From NCBI GenBank assembly GCA_965227295.1, contig OZ245742.1:1760001-1824000 (forward strand): DNA of 64,000 nt, given 5' to 3'. The stretch is from Leptonemataceae bacterium. GTDB lineage: Bacteria; Spirochaetota; Leptospiria; Leptospirales; Leptonemataceae. Under the pieces are notes generated by a model, which searched no databases, was not told the origin of the DNA, and worked only from the letters and a program-made list of their open reading frames with translations. Shown here one piece after another: positions 10,173 to 19,202 of the stretch. Position numbers and translations under genes: made by a program. Numbering within the stretch: the stretch's first letter is position 1; each line of letters opens with the position of its first letter.

Positions 10173-11204
10173 ATGATCCGTGCGATTTTTCTGCGCATTG
10201 TGCCGACCTGCCTGGCGCTGCTGAGTGGGGCCTGCCTGTGCGGCCATCCCCTTGTCGGCATTCTGGACACCATCTGCAACGTCGATCAGTTGCAGCGCAT
10301 GAGTACGAACCTCTCGGCTTACAACCAACTCGCTACCGATATCGACGCGTCGACGACAACTTCGTTCAACGGCGGCCTCGGCTTCGAACCCATCGGCGAC
10401 TCGACGACGCCGTTCAGCGGTAACTTCAACGGACAATACTTTAGCATCAGCAAGCTTTACTTTAATCGGCCGACTACGGATCGTGTCGGCTTCTTCGGCC
10501 AGACGAGCAACGCCGTGATCGAAGGCTTTTATCTGACTCAACTGGACATTGCCGGCCAGGGCCGGACCGGCGGCGTGGTCCGGCATATGAGCGGCGGTAC
10601 ATTGGGTGAGGTTTCCACGACCGGTTCCGTCACCGGTAACGCCAATGAAACCGGCGGCATCGCCGGTGTCGTCGTCGGCGCGGGGGCCGTCGTGGAGCGG
10701 GTCTATTCGAAGGCGACGGTAACACAGAACACCGGCGGCCTCATCGGCCTTGTGCGCGATGCGGCCGTGGTCCGGGACAGCTACTTCGCGGGTTCCGTCA
10801 ACGCCCCGTCGGCGACGCTCAAGGTCGCCGGTCTCATCGGTCACGTCTGGAACATCGGCGGCTGCGCGTCGCCGGATACCCTGGAAACGAGTTACAGCAC
10901 CGGCAGTCTGAGTTCCGCCGACACCCTTCAGGCGGGCGCCGTGGGCCAGATACAGGGGTGTATCGGCGCTAACGTCTACTGCCTGGATACTAAGGATTCC
11001 GCCGCGCAGGAGTGTCGCAACGACCTGGCCGGCGGCTCCATGACCGGCGGGCGGCGGACCCCGGCGCAGCTCAATTGCCCGACCTTCGCCGGGGAAACCT
11101 GCAACGGGATTGCGACGTACTCCGCGTGGTCGTCTTCGGTCTGGAATTTCGGCGACGCCTCACAGAATCCCTGGCTGCGCTGGACGGGCGATACGCCGCC
11201 GTAA
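10173..11204 (+). CDS. Secreted/lipoprotein with GLUG-type glycine-rich repeats
   Basis: YNQLATDIDAS..GFEPIG..PFSGNFNG, repeated TGGIAG/TGGLIG/VAGLIG, terminal W..SVWNFG..PWL. Confidence 0.75.
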   Translation: MIRAIFLRIVPTCLALLSGACLCGHPLVGILDTICNVDQLQRMSTNLSAYNQLATDIDASTTTSFNGGLGFEPIGDSTTPFSGNFNGQYFSISKLYFNRPTTDRVGFFGQTSNAVIEGFYLTQLDIAGQGRTGGVVRHMSGGTLGEVSTTGSVTGNANETGGIAGVVVGAGAVVERVYSKATVTQNTGGLIGLVRDAAVVRDSYFAGSVNAPSATLKVAGLIGHVWNIGGCASPDTLETSYSTGSLSSADTLQAGAVGQIQGCIGANVYCLDTKDSAAQECRNDLAGGSMTGGRRTPAQLNCPTFAGETCNGIATYSAWSSSVWNFGDASQNPWLRWTGDTPP

Positions 11205-11238
11205 ACTTTCGCGAAGTGAATCTTTGCGAGGTGTACGT

Positions 11239-11455
11239 CTACTGCTTTGCGTACTGCGGCAGATACTTTTCGGGATTCGCCTGGAAGGCCTTCCGATGCG
11301 CGGCGGATTGGAAGCGGTACTTTGCGCCGGCGTGTTCGGTCTTGAACTGTTCTTTGCCTTTGACCGCCTTGTCGTCTTTGAAGTACGCGACGACGTCATA
11401 GCCGTCCACGGCCAGGCCGCCGAAGTAGGATTTGTTTATCGGGCCGGCCAGGAGC
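11239..11455 (-). pseudogene. Truncated YHS-domain protein remnant
   Basis: PLLAGPINKSYFGGLAVDGYDVVAYF..A..G...F...H.GA.YRF.S..HR..F.ANPEKYLPQY then AKQ*. Lacks a start codon/N-terminal signal and the C-terminal half. Confidence 0.75.
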
Positions 11456-11471
11456 GGAGACCGGAATTTTT

Positions 11472-11603
11472 TGGGCGTCTGCCCGGCCGCGCCGCGGAGA
11501 CGGCCGGGCACCGCGCTTTCTAGGGCTCCGCTACGCTTCGGTCCTCCGCTTCGCTTCGGACTTGCGGCTGCGCCGCAACCCTTCCAATCGCTGACGCGAA
11601 GAG
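11472..11603 (-). repeat. Structured intergenic repeat, family A copy 2
   Basis: Reverse complement CTCTTCGCGTCAGCGATTGGAAGGGTTGCG...GACCGAAGC..GCGGAGCCCTAGAAAGCGCGG...GACGCCCA. Confidence 0.85.
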
Positions 11604-11622
11604 TACAAGAATCCAGATCCTC

Positions 11623-12291
11623 TCACTGCAACGTAAACGTAATCGTCGTATCCCACACAAAATCCTGGGCCGCGCCCGAGGCGTCCGTGTAAGGTCGCGA
11701 CTTTAACTTTGTTTTTTGTAAGATTAAGCGACGAATCGACGCGACGAACTCCTGCTCGAAAGCCGCGTGGGACCCGCCGGCGCTGCGGATGTTCCGCACA
11801 CGCACGTCCCGAATGCGCCCGCCGGCGTCGATGTACAAACGAATCGCCGCCGTGACGCGACCCAGGTTCGCGTTGCGCGCCGCGGACGGATAATCATCCG
11901 GGCCCTGGTTCACGTCCAGCAGGGCCGTGTAACGTTGCGAGAAATCCATCGTCGGGTCGACGGCGTTGTTCCAGTTGATCTCATCGACCTCCTTTTTCTC
12001 CACTTCGACGATCTCATTCGAAAGATCTTTCGACTTCGCCTGGGGCGCCTCGTCGATCTCCTGGTATTCGATGAACGTCATCTCCGTGCTGAGTTCCAGG
12101 TTCACCGCGTCCGGATCGCCGACGGGCCAGAGCTGGATCACGGCCTCGGCGATCAGTACGACGAGGAGTTGCAACGCGAATCCGGCGACGCACCATTCGC
12201 GGAGTGTCCAACCACGCATGCGTTCCACCAGGTCGTTGAACCAGCCCGGCACTGTGGCCAGGGGCGGCGGGGAAGTCATGGCCGCGTTCAT
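11623..12291 (-). CDS. tonB: TonB-like energy transducer
   Basis: Single TM, acidic linker, C-terminal YPSAAR...G.V...LYIDAGGRIRDVRV domain; last gene of exbB-exbD-exbD run. Confidence 0.78.
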   Translation of the reverse strand: MNAAMTSPPPLATVPGWFNDLVERMRGWTLREWCVAGFALQLLVVLIAEAVIQLWPVGDPDAVNLELSTEMTFIEYQEIDEAPQAKSKDLSNEIVEVEKKEVDEINWNNAVDPTMDFSQRYTALLDVNQGPDDYPSAARNANLGRVTAAIRLYIDAGGRIRDVRVRNIRSAGGSHAAFEQEFVASIRRLILQKTKLKSRPYTDASGAAQDFVWDTTITFTLQ

Positions 12292-12725
12292 GATTTTGCC
12301 TCCGGTCGTGTGGTTATGATCATGCGGCGGATGCCGGCGTTTTTCAGCTCTTCAATAACGCGATCCACCTGACGGTAAGGTAAATCTCGTTCGATGTTAA
12401 GATAGACCCGTACCGCCGCCGGGGCGAAAGCCGCGCGTTCGCGGACGGCTTCGCCCAGACCGGCGAGATGGATGCGTTCATTGAAGAAGTAAGCCTCGTC
12501 ACGACCGGCGAGTTCGGCGTCCACGTAGATCACGAGCGGATACGGCGAGTTCTGGCTCGGGCTCGCCAGTTCCGGTACTTCGACCGTGCGCGGTTTTTGA
12601 TCCGTGACCATCGTGGTGGCGATGTAAAAGATCAAGAGCAGAAACGCCACGTCGCCCATGGCGCTGAGCGGGATCATGCCCGCCGCCCGGCGCTTACGTC
12701 GTGCGGGTACCGCGGCCTGCATCAC
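12288..12725 (-). CDS. exbD: ExbD/TolR biopolymer transport protein
   Basis: IPLSAMGDVAFLLLIFYI; LPYRQVDRVIEELKNAG. Confidence 0.9.
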   Translation of the reverse strand: MMQAAVPARRKRRAAGMIPLSAMGDVAFLLLIFYIATTMVTDQKPRTVEVPELASPSQNSPYPLVIYVDAELAGRDEAYFFNERIHLAGLGEAVRERAAFAPAAVRVYLNIERDLPYRQVDRVIEELKNAGIRRMIITTRPEAKS

Positions 12726-13147
12726 ATCGTCTCCCGGTCGATGCCCAGGGAAATCTGCTGCATGCGAATTTCGCGGAGCATTTGCAGAATGCCTGGAACG
12801 GCCTGGGCCGGGGCGTCGGCGTGCACCCGGACGCTGACGACCAGCTCCGGATTTTCCGTGCGCCGTTCCTGAATGTCCCGGCGCATTTCGTCCAGTTCCA
12901 CGGCCTCGCCGTCGATCATCAGTGCACCGGCGGCGTTGACCTTAACTTTGTACAGGTTTTCTTTAAGAATTTGCATGGGTGGTGCGTCCTTGCGGGGCAG
13001 CGGTAATTCCACCCCGCGCATTTCCAGTAGAGCGCTCGCCGCGAGAAAAAAGACGATCAGCAGGAACGCAATGTCCGACGTACTCGACAGCGGAATCTCT
13101 TCGACCACGCGGCGCTTCCGCCGCGCTATCAGCGTGTCGCCGGTCAC
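12722..13147 (-). CDS. exbD: ExbD/TolR biopolymer transport protein
   Basis: IPLSSTSDIAFLLIVFFL; ATGA-type overlaps with neighbours. Confidence 0.9.
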   Translation of the reverse strand: MTGDTLIARRKRRVVEEIPLSSTSDIAFLLIVFFLAASALLEMRGVELPLPRKDAPPMQILKENLYKVKVNAAGALMIDGEAVELDEMRRDIQERRTENPELVVSVRVHADAPAQAVPGILQMLREIRMQQISLGIDRETM

Positions 13148-14004
13148 GCCGCGACTCCTTCCGTGCGCACACCTTCCGGATTCCGTTGTCGCGCCACCGC
13201 GCGCACCAGGGCTCCCGCCGATCGTTCCAGTTCGAGCGTAAACTCATCGATGCGATACAAAAAGAGCTGATACACTAAGTACGTCGGAATCGCAACTAAG
13301 AGCCCCGCCGCCGTTGTGATCAGCGCCTCTTCGACGCCGCCGGCCAGGTCCTGGGCCGTGGGCGCCGCCTTCTCCACGAACTGCAGGAACGACACGCGCA
13401 TCCCGACGACGGTGCCGAAGAAGCCGAGCAATGGAGCCAGGTTTCCCAGGTTCGCGAGCAGACCGAGGCCGCGTTCCAGGCGGCCGATCGCCAGGTTCGA
13501 TGCCGTCTGGATATCTCCCTGCAACTGACGCGCCGCTTTTTCGCCGCGCTCGCCGTGGTTTTCTACGAGGGATTCGCGCAAAACGTTCGCGATCAACGTG
13601 TCCCGTTCGTTGAGCATCGTATGCGCGGCGGGAATGCCGCCCTGTTGCAGGGCTTCCGTAAGATCTTCATAAAAACCTTTCACCTCCAGCTTCGCGCGTC
13701 GAAAGTAAAAGTAACGCTCGAGACCGAACGCGACGATGATCGTCGAAACGATCGCCAGGCCGAGCATCGTGAGTCCGCCCTTGTAAATAACCGCGAAGAT
13801 CGACTCGCTTTCCGGAGCGGCATCATCTGCCGTCATCGGGACTTCGGCGGCGGCCTCCTCGCCCGGAGTCGCCTCCTCGGTGAGTTCGGGCGTTTCCGGC
13901 GGAGGTTCTTCGCGAACTTCCTGGGCGTAGACAGCGGTGCTCAGCGTAATCAGTACAAGCAGCGCCAGTGCGTAGTGTAAGATGTGTAAAGGTTTACGTT
14001 TCAT
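13144..14004 (-). CDS. exbB: MotA/TolQ/ExbB proton channel
   Basis: LAPLLGFFGTVVGM, LAGGVEEALITTAAGLLVAIP. Confidence 0.93.
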   Translation of the reverse strand: MKRKPLHILHYALALLVLITLSTAVYAQEVREEPPPETPELTEEATPGEEAAAEVPMTADDAAPESESIFAVIYKGGLTMLGLAIVSTIIVAFGLERYFYFRRAKLEVKGFYEDLTEALQQGGIPAAHTMLNERDTLIANVLRESLVENHGERGEKAARQLQGDIQTASNLAIGRLERGLGLLANLGNLAPLLGFFGTVVGMRVSFLQFVEKAAPTAQDLAGGVEEALITTAAGLLVAIPTYLVYQLFLYRIDEFTLELERSAGALVRAVARQRNPEGVRTEGVAA

Positions 14005-14034
14005 GGTGTCCTCGGTTGTTGGTTGTAAGATGTT

Positions 14035-14538
14035 TCAAAACAAAAAGGTCGTATCGTCGGCCCGGAGACATTGTTCCAGGCAGGTGCCGATCTCGCCGGC
14101 CGCGTTCGCGGCGTAGTCGACGTAGTTCGTAAACGTGCATTGGCCGCCGTTGCGCCCGCCGATCCAGTAGATTTCTTCGCAGCGAAAGTAGCAGGCCCGC
14201 GCGGACGCCCCCAGGTTCTCCAGTAACTCTGCCTCGTTGTAAGTTACGCAGATGGTCTCCGCGTCCGCGGAGCCCGGCCGGTTCTCCAGCAGGGCCTCGA
14301 GAACGGCCAGATAGGCGTCGGAGGATCCGAAGAAGGCGTCCGCGGCGCAGCCGACGCCTTCCGTGGCGGCCCGGCGGCAGGCCCCGAGATGGTCCCACTG
14401 GCCGGTACGCAGCACATTCAGCAGAATGAACTGATTGCGTTCGAACTCGTGGTCTTCGTGGGTCGCCGTGGAATCACAGGAGGCGAGGCCGGCGCCGAGT
14501 ACGCTTAAACTTACAATGAACAAAACTCTGCGAACCAT
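14035..14538 (-). CDS. Cys-rich hypothetical lipoprotein (true start ATG 14538)
   Basis: MVRRVLFIVSLSVLGAGLAS-C lipobox; TAATG coupling to receptor stop; 8 further Cys. Confidence 0.8.
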   Translation of the reverse strand: MVRRVLFIVSLSVLGAGLASCDSTATHEDHEFERNQFILLNVLRTGQWDHLGACRRAATEGVGCAADAFFGSSDAYLAVLEALLENRPGSADAETICVTYNEAELLENLGASARACYFRCEEIYWIGGRNGGQCTFTNYVDYAANAAGEIGTCLEQCLRADDTTFLF

Positions 14539-17042
14539 TAGAACTGCACCTCGATGCCGATGTTGAAGAACGGCAAAGATACCTTCTCGCCCTCGACATC
14601 CTGTTCGAGTACCAGGAAATCGTACTGGACCTCGGGGTTCGTGGCAGACCACGGCCGGCCGTTGTCCCACTGCACGCTGTCCTCGTTGCGCCGGGCGTAT
14701 ACGTTCAGCATTTCGAAGAAGATGTTGCCGAAACCCCACTCATAGTGGAAGAAGCGGTCCACGCGAAAGTCCAGGCGATGGTAGTCGCTCAGACGTTCGC
14801 TGTTCGTAAGCTCGGAGTAGGTCGGATCAAAGATGCGCCGCCCGCGGTTCCGTTGTTGGCCGCCGTCGTCGCCGATGATCGGCGTGTACGGCTGCGCCGT
14901 ACGATACTGCCAGCGCAGGCCGAACTGCCAGTCGCGATTGTACTGGTAACCCAGCACCAGGTTGATGATGTGCGTGCGATCGAAGTCCGCGTAGCCGTCC
15001 TTGTTGTTATCGTACTGGGCGATCAAACGAAACTCATTCGGTGAACGCAGCAGTTCGCGTTCCTGATCGGTAATGATGTGTTGATGCGTATTGCGCAGCG
15101 AGCGGGACCAGGTATAGCTGGCCCAACCGTAGAAGCCGTTTTTTCGCGGCGGTTTGCTTTTCTTTAAGTAGAGTTCGAAACCCTCGGAAAAGCCCGTGCC
15201 GTCGTTGGAATAAACCGCCGGCGCATTGTAGATGATGGGTTCCTCGTATCGATCGAAAGCATCCTGGTTTACGCGGTACGGCAACGTGAGGTACGGATCG
15301 ACGACGACCAGGTCGCGAAAGTAATGGCGAAAGACCTCTACTTTAAACAACCAGTCCGCGAGTTCCTGCTGAATTCCGCCGGAGTAGTGTTCCGCGCGTT
15401 CGAAGCGCAGGTTCGGATTACCCGAGGACGGAGAGAACTCGTAGGTCTCGGGCAGGCGATGATACACGCCGCCCCCGCCGAGAAGCGTTGTCGGGTTTTC
15501 TTTCCAGAACGGCAAAGTATAGGCGAGCGTACCTTTAGGATCGACCACGGTCTGATTGGTCTGTCCGAAGTGTTCGACGCGAAAGCCCGGTTTGAACTCG
15601 AAACCGTAGCCGTCGAGAACGATCATGCCGTAACCGCTGTTGTACTGCGTGACCACGGAATCCCGCACCGGCACGGTAACGAAGTCCGGCGGGTCCGCGA
15701 AGAGTTCCGGGCTTTCGTCGTTGGGATCGACCAGACGTACCGTAGTTCCCTGGTTTCGAAAGTTAAACACCCGGGCCTCGCCGCCGGTTTCCACGCGCAC
15801 ATGCTTGCGCACAATCTCCCAGTCCAGGTCGCCGCGAAAGGAACCGTAGCCGTCCTGCACGTCCTGCCGGAAATTGAGATCACCTACCTTTGCATCAATG
15901 AAACCCAGGTTCTCGGTATAATAAAGCGTGAAGCGTGTCTGTAGCTTCGAGCCGGGGGACCACTCGTACCGAATCGCTTCGGTGTGAAAGGCCTGGTCCG
16001 ACGCGAACTCGGCGCCGACGAAAACCGGGTCCACCTCTTTGGTCGGATCGTACTCCGGTTCCTCGTCGATCTCCGCACCGAAGGTGTCTTTCGCGGCGAG
16101 GGCGTAGAGGAAGATCGAATGTCCCTTCGCCAAATCAAAGCGACTTTTGAACTGCGCGTCCCAGTAGACCGGCAGACGGATGCCGTCCGGCGCGAGACTG
16201 TTCAGAGTTACATCGAGATACGAACCGCGGGCCGCGGCGATCCAGTAACCGGCGGTCTCGTCTTCATTGTAGAGTGACGGGATCGGCGATTTGAAGAGCG
16301 CGTTGGCGGACCACAGCGAAAACGAGGCGGAACCGCCGAAGCGTTCCACCTCATCGATGGTTTCGATGTCGATGATGCCGCCGGTGGCGTCGCCGTAGTT
16401 CGCCGGATACGAACCGGTAAACACGTCGATGTTCTTAATCAGATCGTTGTGCAGCACGGAGTTCGTCGGCAGAAAGTGAAAGGGATAACCGATGGGCAGA
16501 TCGTCCACGAGATAGGTGTTCGAACCCTCGTCGGCGCCGCGAATCGAGATTTCACCGCTGCCGAAGGCGGGCGTGATCACACCGGGAAGCGTTTCAATGC
16601 CGCGCAGGGCTTCGCCGAATTGACCGGGGATGCGTTTGATCTCGTCCAGGCGCAGGCGATGGCGCGAGAGTTTCTGTTCGTCGCCGCGGCCCACCACCTG
16701 GATGTCGCCGGCGCCCGGGTCCTCCTGTTGTTCGACGCTGCCCGCGAAGACGTTTAAGATTTGGCCGGCAGAGGTTACGTTCACCCGGGGCTGCACCAGG
16801 CGTCCGTCGGCGAGAACGACCCGCAGCGTATAAAGACCCGTGGCCGGAACGCTGATGTCCGCGCGACCGCGGGTGTCGGTGAAAACCTTCTCCCGCGTTT
16901 CGATCACGATGATCGTCGCGTCGGCGGCGGGTTTGCGGCCGTCGTCGAACACCTGGATCGTCGCCGGCACGGCGCCCTGGGCGAAGATCGCTCCGGGAAT
17001 AAGCGCGGCGAGGGCAATCAACATGTAATAGTACTTTAACAT
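14538..17042 (-). CDS. TonB-dependent receptor
   Basis: Signal peptide, plug (IETLPGV, ISIRG, YPANYGDATGGII), barrel end YHRLDFRVD...PFFNIGIEVQF (C-terminal F). Confidence 0.93.
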   Translation of the reverse strand: MLKYYYMLIALAALIPGAIFAQGAVPATIQVFDDGRKPAADATIIVIETREKVFTDTRGRADISVPATGLYTLRVVLADGRLVQPRVNVTSAGQILNVFAGSVEQQEDPGAGDIQVVGRGDEQKLSRHRLRLDEIKRIPGQFGEALRGIETLPGVITPAFGSGEISIRGADEGSNTYLVDDLPIGYPFHFLPTNSVLHNDLIKNIDVFTGSYPANYGDATGGIIDIETIDEVERFGGSASFSLWSANALFKSPIPSLYNEDETAGYWIAAARGSYLDVTLNSLAPDGIRLPVYWDAQFKSRFDLAKGHSIFLYALAAKDTFGAEIDEEPEYDPTKEVDPVFVGAEFASDQAFHTEAIRYEWSPGSKLQTRFTLYYTENLGFIDAKVGDLNFRQDVQDGYGSFRGDLDWEIVRKHVRVETGGEARVFNFRNQGTTVRLVDPNDESPELFADPPDFVTVPVRDSVVTQYNSGYGMIVLDGYGFEFKPGFRVEHFGQTNQTVVDPKGTLAYTLPFWKENPTTLLGGGGVYHRLPETYEFSPSSGNPNLRFERAEHYSGGIQQELADWLFKVEVFRHYFRDLVVVDPYLTLPYRVNQDAFDRYEEPIIYNAPAVYSNDGTGFSEGFELYLKKSKPPRKNGFYGWASYTWSRSLRNTHQHIITDQERELLRSPNEFRLIAQYDNNKDGYADFDRTHIINLVLGYQYNRDWQFGLRWQYRTAQPYTPIIGDDGGQQRNRGRRIFDPTYSELTNSERLSDYHRLDFRVDRFFHYEWGFGNIFFEMLNVYARRNEDSVQWDNGRPWSATNPEVQYDFLVLEQDVEGEKVSLPFFNIGIEVQF

Positions 17043-17054
17043 AACTTAAGACTC

Positions 17055-17384
17055 TTACGGATCCAGGCCGGGAATGTCGCAGAACTCGCATTCTTTCGTG
17101 TACATCTCGATGCAGAACAGCGGATAGTCCGTGAACGGACAGGGCTCCTGGAGGATCAAGAGCGAGCAGAGGCGCACGCCGTAGGCCGAGGGCCGGCCGG
17201 GGATGATCAGCGGATAGGCCGGGCGACTGCCGCACTGCTCTTCCCGGAACGACATGGCCGCAAAGATTTCACTGTAGGCGTCGAAGAGGTCGACCGCGTC
17301 GGCATCGTCCCGGGCGCAGGCACCGGAAAACAGCACGAGAACAAACATTGCATAAAATAAAATTAAGCGACGGGCCCGGCTCAT
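17055..17384 (-). CDS. Small Cys-rich lipoprotein
   Basis: FSGA-C lipobox; C..GVRLCSLLIL..PCPF.DYP..C pattern. Confidence 0.78.
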   Translation of the reverse strand: MSRARRLILFYAMFVLVLFSGACARDDADAVDLFDAYSEIFAAMSFREEQCGSRPAYPLIIPGRPSAYGVRLCSLLILQEPCPFTDYPLFCIEMYTKECEFCDIPGLDP

Positions 17385-17896
17385 CTGGCCTCCCTTTGGC
17401 TGCGCAGGTTTACGTCGCGGTAACGAATGACGTCGCCGCGGACTTTCCAGGTGACGGCGCGACCGAGAAGCGAGTAATAGTGCGTCTCGCGCCAGGCGCG
17501 TAAGCGGATCATGTTATCCCCCTCGCGCTCCTGGATCGCGGTGCCGATCGCGTAGGACGGATCGAGGTCCGGCGTGACCGGCCACAGGTTCAGCAAGAAG
17601 AACACCGAGGACTCCCCCGTGACTTCGCAGCCGCCGTTGTAGCGGTCGGGGTCCACGTACAGGAACGCCGGGTTGAGCGTGCGCCGTTCTTCTTCGGAGA
17701 GTTCTTCGCGCCGATTCAGCTCGGCCTGGTCCAGACATACGATGTCGTACGGCGAGTCGTTGATCGGCGCCGCGGACGGATGCATGCTTGCGAGATCCGT
17801 TCGTCCACCCTTCGTAACCAGGCCGCCGGCGAAACAATGCGTACCGGCAAGGGCCGTTAATACACAGGCACAGAAAGTTAGCAAACGAAGGCGCAT
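17381..17896 (-). CDS. TRL-like lipoprotein
   Basis: Signal/lipobox; GESSVFFLLNLWPVT...SYAI..AI....GDNMI....W...HY...VRGDVIRY. Confidence 0.65.
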   Translation of the reverse strand: MRLRLLTFCACVLTALAGTHCFAGGLVTKGGRTDLASMHPSAAPINDSPYDIVCLDQAELNRREELSEEERRTLNPAFLYVDPDRYNGGCEVTGESSVFFLLNLWPVTPDLDPSYAIGTAIQEREGDNMIRLRAWRETHYYSLLGRAVTWKVRGDVIRYRDVNLRSQREAR

Positions 17897-18297
17897 CAGC
17901 GTCGCCTCCGGTTGTCCGGGGCGAGGCGTACGACGTCCGCCTTAAGTACGAAGCGTTTGCGATTCAAGAACCCGAGATACACCGACTGGTCGTTCCAGTA
18001 ACGCAGGTTGATCAGCGCGTAATCAGCGCCGTTATCATTCTGAATGTACGGGGCAAGGATCCATTGCTCCGCCGCGTCGACCGGCGGTTCGGAGAGCGGG
18101 AATCCCACGAGGACCAGGTCCAGGGACCAGAAGGCGACCTCGGCTTCTTCGCTGCCGACGATCTCGTACGACCGGTTGCCGATGGGAACGTTGGAAACAG
18201 CAACGCCGCCGCCGGCGGTGACGCAGGCGACGGCGCAAAGTGCGAGGAGCACCGGCACAACCAGTAGAGAAAGAATGCGAGGACGAATCTTGTGCAT
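17896..18297 (-). CDS. TRL-like lipoprotein, first gene of TonB operon
   Basis: AVA-C lipobox; GGVAVSNVPI..RSYEIVG...GFPLSEPPVDAA...ALINLRYW. Confidence 0.7.
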   Translation of the reverse strand: MHKIRPRILSLLVVPVLLALCAVACVTAGGGVAVSNVPIGNRSYEIVGSEEAEVAFWSLDLVLVGFPLSEPPVDAAEQWILAPYIQNDNGADYALINLRYWNDQSVYLGFLNRKRFVLKADVVRLAPDNRRRR

Positions 18298-18338
18298 GAC
18301 AGGCGAAACATAGACGATAAGACGCGCTGTCGCAACGG

Positions 18339-18391
18339 GCGGGGAATGAGGCGTTGTTTGCGGGGAATGAGATGCACGTGCCGGGAACGAG
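18339..18391 (-). promoter_or_regulatory. Putative LytTR operator: three direct repeats
   Basis: GCGGGGAATGAG (18339), GCGGGGAATGAG (18360), GCCGGGAACGAG (18380); period 21/20 bp, 42-94 bp upstream of the operon start. Confidence 0.72.
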
Positions 18392-18464
18392 ATTCGCGAC
18401 CGGGGTCGGCTGAATCAGGGCGGCGAGAGTTCCTGCCGGCGCGGGCAGTGCGGCAGACGCCGCC

Positions 18465-19190
18465 TCAGAGACCGCAGCGTCGCTTCAGTTCTTTTGCGTA
18501 ACTGCGGCTAACCGGAAGACTCTCGGATTCGTCGCGCAGATGCAACACGTAGCTGCCGTTCATAAAGTACTCGAGGCGGCCGATCATCGTGAGATGGACG
18601 ACGAACTGCTTGTGAATGCGCAGGAAGCGATCTTCCGGCAGGACGTCTTCGAGCATGGCCTTCAGAAGGCGCGGCGTGCGAAAGTCGCCGCGGGAAGTAT
18701 GCACCACCGTTTGTTTGCCGTGCGAGGACAAGTACAGAATCTGATCGTACGAGAGAAAGACGTGTTCGTCGCCGTCGCTCACGAAAATCCCGTGACCGCT
18801 TAACGGAGACGGACCCGTTCCGCCGTCCTGGTCGAGATAGCCGAGGGCGCGATCGACGGAGCGCGAGAAACGATCTTCGTCGAAGGGTTTGAGCAGATAG
18901 TCCACCGCTTCCAGGTCGAAGGCGTCGGCGGCGTACTCGCGATAGGCCGTCGTGAAGATGACGCACGGCCGTTGATCCAGGCGCTCCAGGACCTGCAGTC
19001 CGTTCAGCATGGGCAGGTTGATGTCCAGAAAAACGAGATCGTAGTTGCCGGACGCGAGTTCTTCCAGGGCCTCTTCGCCGTCGCCGGCGACGTGACCGAG
19101 CTGCAATTCTTTGCGCGCAATGACGAAACGCATGAGCAGTTCCCGCGCGGGGAACTCGTCTTCCACAATCAACACGCGATAGGTTTTCAT
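18465..19190 (-). CDS. LytTR-family response regulator
   Basis: VEDEFPAR, FLDINLP, FTTAYREYA.DAF..EAVDYLLKP, FLRIHKQFVV, LPVSRSY. Confidence 0.95.
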   Translation of the reverse strand: MKTYRVLIVEDEFPARELLMRFVIARKELQLGHVAGDGEEALEELASGNYDLVFLDINLPMLNGLQVLERLDQRPCVIFTTAYREYAADAFDLEAVDYLLKPFDEDRFSRSVDRALGYLDQDGGTGPSPLSGHGIFVSDGDEHVFLSYDQILYLSSHGKQTVVHTSRGDFRTPRLLKAMLEDVLPEDRFLRIHKQFVVHLTMIGRLEYFMNGSYVLHLRDESESLPVSRSYAKELKRRCGL

Positions 19191-19202
19191 CTCAAAGTCG
19201 TT

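Noticed and set aside
11239-11241. Selenocysteine or other readthrough of the YHS protein
   Set aside because: The stop is TAG, not TGA; similarity is already lost before it (AKQ) and downstream codons are not YHS-like
18339-18391. Mini CRISPR array
   Set aside because: 12-bp units with 8-9 bp spacers are far too short, and no cas genes are in the window
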